This document shows positions 1-8,286 of a stretch of 28,956 bases of DNA, in pieces. A model generated the notes under the pieces. It was not told the DNA's origin and ran no database searches. It saw only the letters and a list, made by a program, of their open reading frames with translations. Within the stretch, counting starts at the first letter, position 1. The number at the start of each line of letters is the position of its first letter. The translations under genes and the position numbers were made by a program. The stretch is from an uncultured Azospirillum sp. (lineage in GTDB: Bacteria; Pseudomonadota; Alphaproteobacteria; RF32; CAG-239): assembly GCA_964521455.1 (NCBI GenBank), contig CAZFRT010000003.1:1-28956 (forward strand), read 5' to 3'.

Positions 1-1
1 C

Positions 2-634
2 GCTATGGATAATGATGACCTCCGTCGCGGCAAACCAACATGCCACAAACAATTTGATGAAGCCACAGCAATTTTGGCCGGCGACGGTTTGCTGACTTAT
101 GCCTTTGAAGTTCTTGGCGATAAAAAAACGGCGGATTCTCAAACCCGCTGTGAATTAATACAATACCTGGCCGAGGCTGCCGGAGCTTTTACGGGAATGA
201 TTGCCGGACAAATGGTTGATCTTTACGCCGAAAAAATTTCTCCGCAACAGCAAAATGAAACTCTCATCAAACATATTGAAGAAATGAAGACCGGACGTCT
301 GATTCGTTATGCCTGCGAAGCCGGAGCCATTTTGGGAAAAGCCACAAAAAAACAAAGACAAGCCTTGATTGAATACTCCCGCAAAATCGGAATTGCATTT
401 CAAATTGCCGATGACATCCTCGATGTTGAAGGTAACGTTGATTTGGTCGGAAAAACACTCCAAAAAGACGAAAAACAGGGCAAAATAACTTTTGTTTCCT
501 TATATGGCTTGGCAAACGCTCGCAAAATTGCCGAAGATTTGATTAAACAAGCTCAAAAAGCTTTGGATATTTTCGGAAGCAAAGCCGAGAACCTCAAACT
601 TCTTGCCCAATATATCGTCGATCGAAAATATTAA
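2..634 (+). CDS. ispA: Farnesyl diphosphate synthase / geranyltranstransferase, 5'-truncated by window edge
   Basis: Frame is open from base 2. AMDNDDLRRGKPTCH is the end of the first Asp-rich motif; FQIADDILD is the second. KTLQKD and GKITF are typical of the polyprenyl synthetase C-terminus. Confidence 0.93.
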   Translation, partial: AMDNDDLRRGKPTCHKQFDEATAILAGDGLLTYAFEVLGDKKTADSQTRCELIQYLAEAAGAFTGMIAGQMVDLYAEKISPQQQNETLIKHIEEMKTGRLIRYACEAGAILGKATKKQRQALIEYSRKIGIAFQIADDILDVEGNVDLVGKTLQKDEKQGKITFVSLYGLANARKIAEDLIKQAQKALDIFGSKAENLKLLAQYIVDRKY

Positions 635-647
635 TTTCCGGCCAATA

Positions 648-678
648 AAAAACAGCTCTCAAATTGAGAGCTGTTTTT
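648..678. terminator. Bidirectional intrinsic terminator between convergent ispA and dsbA-like gene
   Basis: Perfect inverted repeat aaaaacagctctca-aat-tgagagctgttttt with A/T tracts on both sides. Confidence 0.85.
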
Positions 679-703
679 CTTTTGCCGTCTCCAAACAAAG
701 AGA

Positions 704-1435
704 TTATTGAGCAGCTTTTGCTTCGTTCAAAGCATCTTGAACAACATTGCCGTCAATTGTCTGCAACATTGTACCGTTCAGGATAAGAGCCGGAACGCCA
801 TTAACCTGAATCTTATTAGCCAACTCAGCATTTTTCTTCAAAGCGTTTCTAACTTTTTCAGAACCTAAATCTGCTCTGTATCGATCCATATCCAAACCGA
901 TCTGAGCAGCAACTTCGTCAACTTTAGCTTCTGTCAATCTGCCGTTAACTTGGAACAAACCGTTATGCATTTCAATATATTTACCCTGCATATTGGCAGC
1001 CAAAGCAGCCTTTGCAGCATATTCGGAAACCGGAGAAACGAAAGTCAAAGCTTTGAAAGCAACTTTAACATCCGGATTATTTTCAATAACAGCTTTCAAG
1101 CCTGGGAACAATCTGTGGCAGTATCCGCAAGAGTAATCAAAGAATTCAACCAATACGACTTTAGCATCTTGATTACCGACAAACGGAGTGTCAGCATCAT
1201 TGTTAACTTCTTCAATGCTGTCCATAATCAATTTTTGAGCCTGAGCCTGAGCTTCATCTCTCATTTTCTGTTCATATTTCTGCATAGCATTAATAATCAT
1301 CTCAGGATTATTGTTCAAAGCTTCTTCCACCATGGCACCTTTATTACCGCAACAGCAGAAAACACACATAACCAAAGCTGCGATGGCAACAACCAATGCC
1401 ACTAAAGAAACATAAAGTGAATTTAATTTATTCAT
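704..1435 (-). CDS. DsbA-family (Com1/ScsC-like) thiol-disulfide oxidoreductase, membrane-anchored or exported
   Basis: EFFDYSCGYC active site (CxxC), cis-Pro loop VNGVP, N-terminal hydrophobic segment, and helical NNPEMIINAMQKY segment typical of ScsC/Com1-like proteins. Confidence 0.88.
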   Translation of the reverse strand: MNKLNSLYVSLVALVVAIAALVMCVFCCCGNKGAMVEEALNNNPEMIINAMQKYEQKMRDEAQAQAQKLIMDSIEEVNNDADTPFVGNQDAKVVLVEFFDYSCGYCHRLFPGLKAVIENNPDVKVAFKALTFVSPVSEYAAKAALAANMQGKYIEMHNGLFQVNGRLTEAKVDEVAAQIGLDMDRYRADLGSEKVRNALKKNAELANKIQVNGVPALILNGTMLQTIDGNVVQDALNEAKAAQ

Positions 1436-1614
1436 TATCAGTATCCTTAAGTTTTAAATTATAATCAAAAACATACTTAATTTAGCTAATCTATCTCATA
1501 TTTACAAGAGGAAATTAAATTTTATTTTTTAATTATTTTTGAAAAAATAAAGCTTTCTTTAACCATTTATGATAAAGTAACAACAGATAATTAACAATTT
1601 AAGGCAGGTATCTG

Positions 1615-2274
1615 ATGTTTCACATTCGCATTTCACTGTTTTCACAAACCAAAGCTCTGGAAAACAAAATAGATTTGTTTCACGATAAGATTATTGACGT
1701 TGCAATGACTTTCAAAAAAGCTATCAAAGTATTTTTGGTTGAACAACGCAGTGCCGAATACAAAAAATTGAGCAAACAAATCAAACAGATAGAACATGAT
1801 GCCGATGCCATTCGCCGTGATATAGAAAACAAACTTTATGTTGAGAATTTGCTTCCCGACTTGCGAGGAGATGTTCTCCATCTGGTTGAAAAGCTGGATA
1901 AAATTATTAACAAATATGATGAAGTTGCCCACGCTTTCTATATTGAACGTCCGGAAATTCCGGCTGAATACCATATGCGACTGACAGAACTCTGTGAACA
2001 AGTGATAGACTGTACAGAAAATATGGCTATCGCTTCCAGAGCGTTTTTTCGAGACATCGCCACTGTCAGAGACTACTCCCAAAAAGTATATTTTATGGAG
2101 CATGAAAGTGACATAACCTCAGCTCACCTAAGGGAAGCTATTTTTGATTCGGATTTGCCTCTGGCCAACAAAATTCAGCTCAGTTCCCTCATTAGCAAAG
2201 TAGCAGATATTGCCGACATTGCCGAAGACTGCATTGATGAACTTTTGATTTTCACTATCAAACGGGATATTTAA
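1615..2274 (+). CDS. DUF47 / PhoU-like phosphate transport regulator
   Basis: IEHDADAIRRDIE, FMEHESD and IADIAED helical motifs; its stop codon abuts the start of the PiT gene, the usual DUF47-pit pairing. Confidence 0.88.
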   Translation: MFHIRISLFSQTKALENKIDLFHDKIIDVAMTFKKAIKVFLVEQRSAEYKKLSKQIKQIEHDADAIRRDIENKLYVENLLPDLRGDVLHLVEKLDKIINKYDEVAHAFYIERPEIPAEYHMRLTELCEQVIDCTENMAIASRAFFRDIATVRDYSQKVYFMEHESDITSAHLREAIFDSDLPLANKIQLSSLISKVADIADIAEDCIDELLIFTIKRDI

Positions 2275-3327
2275 ATGGATATTACCTTTTTCATTTTTTT
2301 AAGCAGTGGTTTATTTCTGGGCTGGTCTCTTGGAGCCAATGACGCAGCCAACATTTTCGGAACCGCAGTCGGAACCCGTATGGTAAAGTTCAAAACCGCC
2401 GCAATCATCGCATCCTTATTTATCATTCTCGGAGCCGTTTATGCCGGAGCCGGTGCCAGCAAAACGCTGGGAGATTTAGGTAATGTCAACACCATTGCCG
2501 GAGCCTTCATGGTCGCTTTTTCCGCGGCACTCACGGTTTATTGGATGGTCGGCAGCGGCATTCCCGTTTCCACCTCTCAGGCAATTGTCGGAGCCATTGT
2601 CGGCTGGAACATCTATAGCGGAAAAACCACCGACATCGGCGTTTTAAGCAAAATTGTCAGCACTTGGGCAATTTGCCCGGCTCTTTCCGGAATAATTTCT
2701 ATATGCTTATATTATATTGTCAAAATCACCCTCAAGCATTCTAAAATCCATCTTGTCCGACAAGATTGCTATACCCGTATCGGACTGATACTGGCCGGAG
2801 CCTTCGGAGCTTATGCCTTGGGAGCAAACAACATAGCCAACGTTATGGGTGTTTTTGTAGATTCCAGTCCGTTTCACCCCGTCAATATGGGCATTCTCAA
2901 ACTTAACGGCACACAAATTCTCTTCTTAATCGGAGGAATTTCCATCAGTATCGGCGTCTTTACTTATTCCCAAAAAGTTATAAACACTATCGGAAACAAT
3001 CTCATGTCTATGTCTCCGCTTGTCGCATGGATTGTTGTGGTTTCCCAGTCTTTGGTCTTGTTCTTATTTGCTTCTCAGGGATTACAAAACTTTTTAAGCA
3101 GCCATGGACTGCCGACTTTGCCACTGGTTCCGGTTTCCAGCTCACAGGCGGTTATCGGGGCGGTTATCGGTATTGGGATTATGAAAGGCGGATCCTGTGT
3201 CCGCTGGTCAACATTAGGACGTATAGCCTTAGGATGGATAACCACACCGGTCATTGCCGCTGTTATATGTTTCATCTCCCTTTTCTTTTTGGAAAACGTA
3301 TTCAATCAAACGGTATTTTTACCTTAA
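2275..3327 (+). CDS. Inorganic phosphate transporter, PiT (PHO4) family
   Basis: Two signature motifs GANDAANIFGTAVG and GANNIANVMG; PVSTSQAIVGAIVG and PVSSSQAVIGAVIG repeats; many transmembrane helices. Confidence 0.93.
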   Translation: MDITFFIFLSSGLFLGWSLGANDAANIFGTAVGTRMVKFKTAAIIASLFIILGAVYAGAGASKTLGDLGNVNTIAGAFMVAFSAALTVYWMVGSGIPVSTSQAIVGAIVGWNIYSGKTTDIGVLSKIVSTWAICPALSGIISICLYYIVKITLKHSKIHLVRQDCYTRIGLILAGAFGAYALGANNIANVMGVFVDSSPFHPVNMGILKLNGTQILFLIGGISISIGVFTYSQKVINTIGNNLMSMSPLVAWIVVVSQSLVLFLFASQGLQNFLSSHGLPTLPLVPVSSSQAVIGAVIGIGIMKGGSCVRWSTLGRIALGWITTPVIAAVICFISLFFLENVFNQTVFLP

Positions 3328-3335
3328 AATAAAAC

Positions 3336-3365
3336 AGAAAACCTGACACTCTCGTCAGGTTTTCT
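3336..3365. terminator. Intrinsic terminator downstream of pit, probably bidirectional
   Basis: Perfect 12-bp stem agaaaacctgac-actctc-gtcaggttttct between convergent genes. Confidence 0.8.
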
Positions 3366-3410
3366 TATAAAAATAGTTCGATTCGTACCAGTTGTTCCCC
3401 AAAAATGTAA

Positions 3411-4145
3411 TTACATTTTTAAATTATTCCAGCCCTTTTTAACCGGAGCCTTTTTAATCGGAGCATTACCGGCCCCTTCCCATTGACGAATCGGAGCCGC
3501 AGCCTTTTTCTCCTGAACAATGGCCTTTTGCTCCGTATTTTGGGCAACCCCCACCGGTAGAAGCTGATTAAGCAGTGCCGGAGAAACGAACGGGATGGTG
3601 CTGGTTTTGAACGAATTAACCATCACATCAATAATTTCCGCCCCCGGTTTAAAGTTAAACGTCCTGAGTTTTCCACCGTAAAAAACTGAAAAAGAATGGC
3701 ACGGAGAAGAGAGTAAAACATCTGTGGCGTCAATTCCGCGAACAAAACGAAGCATCAGTTTCGGACGAATAAGACACTTATCCGGAACATTGCTGATATT
3801 CTCTTCCGTAGCAAAAAACTGCTTAACAATCATATCCCGCAGATCCGCATTGACAACACCGCAAAATCCGGTTACGGCCATACCGTCTATCGTATACCCG
3901 CTGTACCCTGCCGGACGATTCTCCACCTGATAGCAAAAAACCTGTTCCGCCTTGGTAATATTTTCCATTCCGGCTTGTCCGACAGAGTCAGAAATGCTTT
4001 GCAAAATAACCAAACGTTCCCCTTTCTGACGACGCCAAGCATCAGCTTCCTGCATAAACGATTGCACCCCGGAGGTTTCCTGAGCTAACGAGACTGTTGA
4101 AAACACCATTGAAACTCCCGTCATCAGCAAGGCAAGCAACTTCAT
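3411..4145 (-). CDS. Exported hypothetical protein with 4 Cys
   Basis: Long ORF; ATG at 4145 is 8 nt after AGGAG (the track's GTG at 4154 is less likely); signal peptide MKLLALLMTGVSMVFSTVSLA; no family recognised. Confidence 0.75.
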   Translation of the reverse strand: MKLLALLMTGVSMVFSTVSLAQETSGVQSFMQEADAWRRQKGERLVILQSISDSVGQAGMENITKAEQVFCYQVENRPAGYSGYTIDGMAVTGFCGVVNADLRDMIVKQFFATEENISNVPDKCLIRPKLMLRFVRGIDATDVLLSSPCHSFSVFYGGKLRTFNFKPGAEIIDVMVNSFKTSTIPFVSPALLNQLLPVGVAQNTEQKAIVQEKKAAAPIRQWEGAGNAPIKKAPVKKGWNNLKM

Positions 4146-4234
4146 TTCAAACACTCCTTAAATAAAATTATTTTTTACTTTTGCTTATATTAGTTCATTT
4201 TAACGAAATTACTACACAAAAAAACTTTTACCAC

Positions 4235-4262
4235 AAAAAAACCCCTCGATTGAGGGGTTTTT
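4235..4262 (-). terminator. Intrinsic terminator of the pilM-like/pilV-like operon
   Basis: Stem aaaaacccctc/gaggggttttt with 4-nt loop; 7-U tract on the minus strand; 15 nt past the stop at 4278. Confidence 0.85.
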
Positions 4263-4277
4263 CAAACAATCTGCCGA

Positions 4278-7157
4278 TTACCACGGATCTGTATAATTTA
4301 ACTTAGGGTCATTCAAACGCGTGGTGTAACTACTTGTATTGGCTTTGTTATAAACAGCTCTCTTATTCAACAGCTGATCATAATCCCCAACATAAGTTGT
4401 ATTGAAGTTGGTTCGGTCAAAGTAACAGTAAACCGTCGCATAAGCCTCCAACTGCTGCTTAAATACCGGAAACAGATTCCAAATAATCGCCTTATCCTCA
4501 GCCACAGAACCATGACCAATTCCCAAATGAGTGAGATAATCCTTATAATACGAATACGGATACATAAAGCCCATAATCGCACTCCAACCGATAAAACTGG
4601 CATCACTTCCGTGTGCATAAACATTAGCTCTTAACCAGGTACTTTTTTGGAAATAAAGCGGTGTAGCCTCAGCACTCGGATCGGATAAAGCATCGGTAAC
4701 CGTTTTAGGATTATAATTTACTGCCACATCCGGACTCTTGTGGTTAGTGCCAGTATATTTACCCGGTGTACCGGCCTGAGCCATCGCCCAACCTGCCGGC
4801 GTAATGGTAATAACTTTACCATATCCCGGAGGACACTGTGGGGTCGGAATCCATCCCAACCACGGAGAAGTACGACAAGTATGAGCGGCACATTCATTAC
4901 TTGATGAACCCATCGTATCCAACTGAGTAGACGTTTTTCCCGTCCAATCCCCGACTTCCTCTTTATAAGTATTATCAACCACATAAATACCTTTATTAAT
5001 GAAATCCGGTAAGATATCACTCAAACGGGCACCGCCTCTGGTCGTCAGCTTAATATCATGCATTACCGAAGTATAAGCCGGATTAACCTGATAAGCATCA
5101 TATCCCACATATCCTCCGCTATACCCACCACTGGTTACAACCGGTAAAGCATTGGTATCCAAAACAGCGTTATCAACAAAGCGGTCTGCTTTGATATATC
5201 CCATAGCAGAGCTGTTCCCTGTTGTATGGTTTATTGTATCATATTGAGATTGTAATTCTACGACACCTTTTCTGATATAAACGCTTCCCTTGTTAGCATT
5301 TCCGGCAACAGCAGCCCCCGGAGCAATATTAATATAACTGGCATTCGGACCGCTGTCCACCTGCAAAACGCTGGACTTAATGTCCAATCGCGGAGCCCCG
5401 CCAGCATCCGTATGGTTGGCATAAATCACCGCATCACCGGCTCCGGCCGAATAAGGTGAAAAGACTAACGTATTGTTATTGGAACCGTCTCTGGTTAATT
5501 TAAACTTTTCACCGATTGCATAAAAATCATCCCGAACGTTAACTAATCCTTTTGACGCCGCATTTGCCGGACTTCTTGCCGTCAACAAATCTTCTTGGAT
5601 ATTTACGAGTTTACCGGCACTTGTTCCGATATTAACACCTGTGGCACCATAAGTTGTTGCCAACAAATCAGAAGTTATCCCGACACCGGTATTATTCATA
5701 ATCAAGCGTCTGTTGTCTGAAAGCCCGACATCCATGGTTGTCGTGTTTCTCAATTTTGTATCCGTTCCGTTAACACTAATCTTGGAACCGGATGTAGCCC
5801 CGACATTAAACGTATCTACATTAATATCGGCACTTGAGGCATCAAACTGAGCATACGCACCATTGGCACCGGCATTTAACGTCTGCGTTGCCGTAATAAC
5901 CGGAGCTTCAAACAAATTGGCATTAACCGTTCCGCTAAAGTTTCCGTTCACAGCCGTAATATCTCCGCTAAAGTTTCCGTTTCCGGCCGTAATGGTTCCG
6001 TTTCCCACATTCAAACTGGTTCCGGTAATCGGACCGCCGGAAATGGCACCGCTTCCCACATCCAAACTGGCACCTGTAATGGCTCCGCCAAAAGCACCGC
6101 TGCCACCGACCGTCAAGTTTCCGGTAATATTAGCCGTGGCGGCCTGCAAAGCACCTGAAATTGTTGCCGAAGCAGCACTTAAAGCACCTCCGATAGTTGC
6201 TCCGCCGGTAATGTTGAGAGATGTACCGCTGATATCACCGTTACTGGAGATTTTAGCTTTATTCCCGACATTAATACCACCTTTTTTCAAATACAGAGCA
6301 TTCTCAATTCCTCCATCCATCATATCGGCTGAATTGGCTCCGACAATCAACTGATTAATGTTCTTAATATTGTATTGCCTACCAGCTGCTTCACCCATGG
6401 AGAGGTCTGTTTCCATCGTGTTCAAATAATCTTTTCCGGCACGTTTATTTCGGTACAAAACATTTTCGCTGCTGTCACCGCCGCCGGAAGCACTGATGGA
6501 CTGCATGCTTGATGCCATAATCGCCCCGTTGCTGTAATCTCCGGCATTTAAGCCCAAATCTGTCTGCAGATTGTCAAGAGTCCAAATTCCCTGTACCCCA
6601 TTACCCTTGTTTCCGTCCACATAACCACCGTTACTTCCGACCATGGAAGCAATTCTTGATGCTCGGATCATCGGCAGAGTTTCATTATTCGGATTTGCGA
6701 CCAAAAAGGCCGTAATTGTTTTCTTGCGGCCGCTGTCTCCATCCACTTTTTTCAAAACAACTTTATAATTGCTGGAGAAAGTCTTACTATCTTGAGCTTC
6801 TTTATCACTTCCCAAAAAACCGTAAGGCAGGTAATAGCAAAAATGGTTAATAGGAACAGTAATATTGGCAGAGGAGTTAGTAAAAGAAGAATAATTAACG
6901 CTTGATGTTTTGCACTCGGACTGCGTAATTGTCTTTCCAGCAACCAGATCATCATAGTTATCTTTGACATAGTCATCAATTGATTTTATCAGACTTCTCA
7001 TCTGGCTGGCTGCATTAATATCCTGCAACTCAGTTGTCCGTTCTGCCGCTTTTTTATAGAGAATAGGAGTCACCATCGAAATCAACGCCAACATCGCCAT
7101 TGCTTCGACCATTAAACTACCGAGCTCGTTTAATCTCGAAAATTTACGTTTCACCAT
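4278..7157 (-). CDS. Type IV pilin-like PilV / shufflon-N-like pilus tip adhesin (959 aa) with Gly-rich stalk and uncharacterised C-terminal domain
   Basis: ATG at 7157 follows AGGAG by 7 nt. Class III prepilin signal: basic leader, G|SLMVE (Glu+5), hydrophobic helix. Motifs NGGYVDG..G..GIW, VLYR...YLNTMETDLSM and NGNFSG repeats parallel the R64-type PilV constant region as I recall it (LGGYIQDG..G..RSW, RLYR...DLNKMHTAIDM, GNFSG). Confidence 0.72.
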   Translation of the reverse strand: MVKRKFSRLNELGSLMVEAMAMLALISMVTPILYKKAAERTTELQDINAASQMRSLIKSIDDYVKDNYDDLVAGKTITQSECKTSSVNYSSFTNSSANITVPINHFCYYLPYGFLGSDKEAQDSKTFSSNYKVVLKKVDGDSGRKKTITAFLVANPNNETLPMIRASRIASMVGSNGGYVDGNKGNGVQGIWTLDNLQTDLGLNAGDYSNGAIMASSMQSISASGGGDSSENVLYRNKRAGKDYLNTMETDLSMGEAAGRQYNIKNINQLIVGANSADMMDGGIENALYLKKGGINVGNKAKISSNGDISGTSLNITGGATIGGALSAASATISGALQAATANITGNLTVGGSGAFGGAITGASLDVGSGAISGGPITGTSLNVGNGTITAGNGNFSGDITAVNGNFSGTVNANLFEAPVITATQTLNAGANGAYAQFDASSADINVDTFNVGATSGSKISVNGTDTKLRNTTTMDVGLSDNRRLIMNNTGVGITSDLLATTYGATGVNIGTSAGKLVNIQEDLLTARSPANAASKGLVNVRDDFYAIGEKFKLTRDGSNNNTLVFSPYSAGAGDAVIYANHTDAGGAPRLDIKSSVLQVDSGPNASYINIAPGAAVAGNANKGSVYIRKGVVELQSQYDTINHTTGNSSAMGYIKADRFVDNAVLDTNALPVVTSGGYSGGYVGYDAYQVNPAYTSVMHDIKLTTRGGARLSDILPDFINKGIYVVDNTYKEEVGDWTGKTSTQLDTMGSSSNECAAHTCRTSPWLGWIPTPQCPPGYGKVITITPAGWAMAQAGTPGKYTGTNHKSPDVAVNYNPKTVTDALSDPSAEATPLYFQKSTWLRANVYAHGSDASFIGWSAIMGFMYPYSYYKDYLTHLGIGHGSVAEDKAIIWNLFPVFKQQLEAYATVYCYFDRTNFNTTYVGDYDQLLNKRAVYNKANTSSYTTRLNDPKLNYTDPW
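5931..6080. repeat. In-frame coding direct repeats in the PilV-like stalk
   Basis: tccgctaaagtttccgtt at 5931-5948 and 5964-5981 (33-nt period, NGNFSG); near-identical 26-mers at 6004-6029 and 6055-6080 (51-nt period, ITGxSLxVG). Confidence 0.85.
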
Positions 7158-7182
7158 CTTCTTTCTCCTGCCTTTTCCGTCA

Positions 7183-7980
7183 TTAGTCAAACGGAGTTAA
7201 ATAAATCAAACAAAAATTACACGCACTGTCCGCTAAAATATCACCCGAAGGTTCTTCCTCCTCCGTATCTTCACTCCCGGCCTCCGCAGCCACATCATTG
7301 TCTTTCACACCATCGCCACACATCTCGCTGAACGAACGCCCGTTCTCCACTCCGCTCAATTTATTGGAGATAATGTATTGAGGAATGGAAACAAAGGTAA
7401 CTTCTCGAGCTCTTATCATCATTGTTGTTTTTAAGCCGTTTTCCGGTGCATCCGGAGAAACAAAATCCGCATATCCCATATCGGTACCCATACCGACAAG
7501 ATTCTGAATAGCGTTCAACATATCATTGTTCGGGCGGCCGGTACGAATATTCCGCCATTTTTGCGGCACACACCCAAACGTTGCCAAATATGTGATTGAG
7601 TTAGGGTCTCCGCAACAACTCGGTCCGCTTCCGCTACATCCGACCATTGCCTGACTGAGTTTGTTGCTTGTCCGATTCAAACAGTATAACAACGTTGTAT
7701 ATTCGCTGGTTGTCTGCGTACCGTTAAAACCATACGGTAAATACGGCTTCAAATGAGCAAAACTGATTTCTCCGGGGTGGTATGAAACGGTCGAAGAACC
7801 GTTATCAGGAGGCATGTGATCTCTGACATATTTTTGAGCAGCACGATGCTGTTCAACCAGCTTGGCAACCACGGCTTCAGCTTGCGGCTCAACATAGAGT
7901 TCCCTCATGTCAGACCTGGTTGAAAGATTAAACGAATACAAAATCGTAATAAACGTTGCCAATATTACCCAAATATACAT
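7183..7980 (-). CDS. Pilin-like membrane-anchored protein, possibly type IVb PilM-like; 8 Cys
   Basis: N-terminal hydrophobic helix without a class III leader, then amphipathic helix AEAVVAKLVEQHRAAQKYVRDH and the motif YLPYGF shared with the downstream PilV-like protein; 25 nt upstream of it on the same strand. Confidence 0.5.
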   Translation of the reverse strand: MYIWVILATFITILYSFNLSTRSDMRELYVEPQAEAVVAKLVEQHRAAQKYVRDHMPPDNGSSTVSYHPGEISFAHLKPYLPYGFNGTQTTSEYTTLLYCLNRTSNKLSQAMVGCSGSGPSCCGDPNSITYLATFGCVPQKWRNIRTGRPNNDMLNAIQNLVGMGTDMGYADFVSPDAPENGLKTTMMIRAREVTFVSIPQYIISNKLSGVENGRSFSEMCGDGVKDNDVAAEAGSEDTEEEEPSGDILADSACNFCLIYLTPFD

Positions 7981-8286
7981 TTATTTCAGCCTTCACCCCT
8001 TGTAACACTATATTCAGCCTACCATATTTTCATAATTTTTACCAGAGACATCATTGTTTTTTGTAAAGATTTCACATATCTGTAACATACAAATCTGCCC
8101 TTCTTCTCAGTATGAAATAATACAACAAAAACTATAATTATTAGTTAAAATCGACACCGCGAACCGACTTTCCGCTCTTCAATGCATTTTTCGTACAAAT
8201 TCCATGTAATAAGTCGCTTTTTAATGTTTAATTATAAAAAAAATATTATAAAATGCGAAATATATGTTTAAGTGCCGGAGTACAAA

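Noticed and set aside
4155-5100. Shufflon (sfx repeats, invertible C-terminal cassettes, rci recombinase) downstream of the PilV-like gene
   Set aside because: No repeated sfx-like sites, no silent alternative C-termini and no tyrosine recombinase were seen; a terminator follows the stop directly.
5863-6354. 163-aa plus-strand ORF rich in P/A/V
   Set aside because: Antisense shadow of the Gly-rich stalk codons; no RBS or independent motif.
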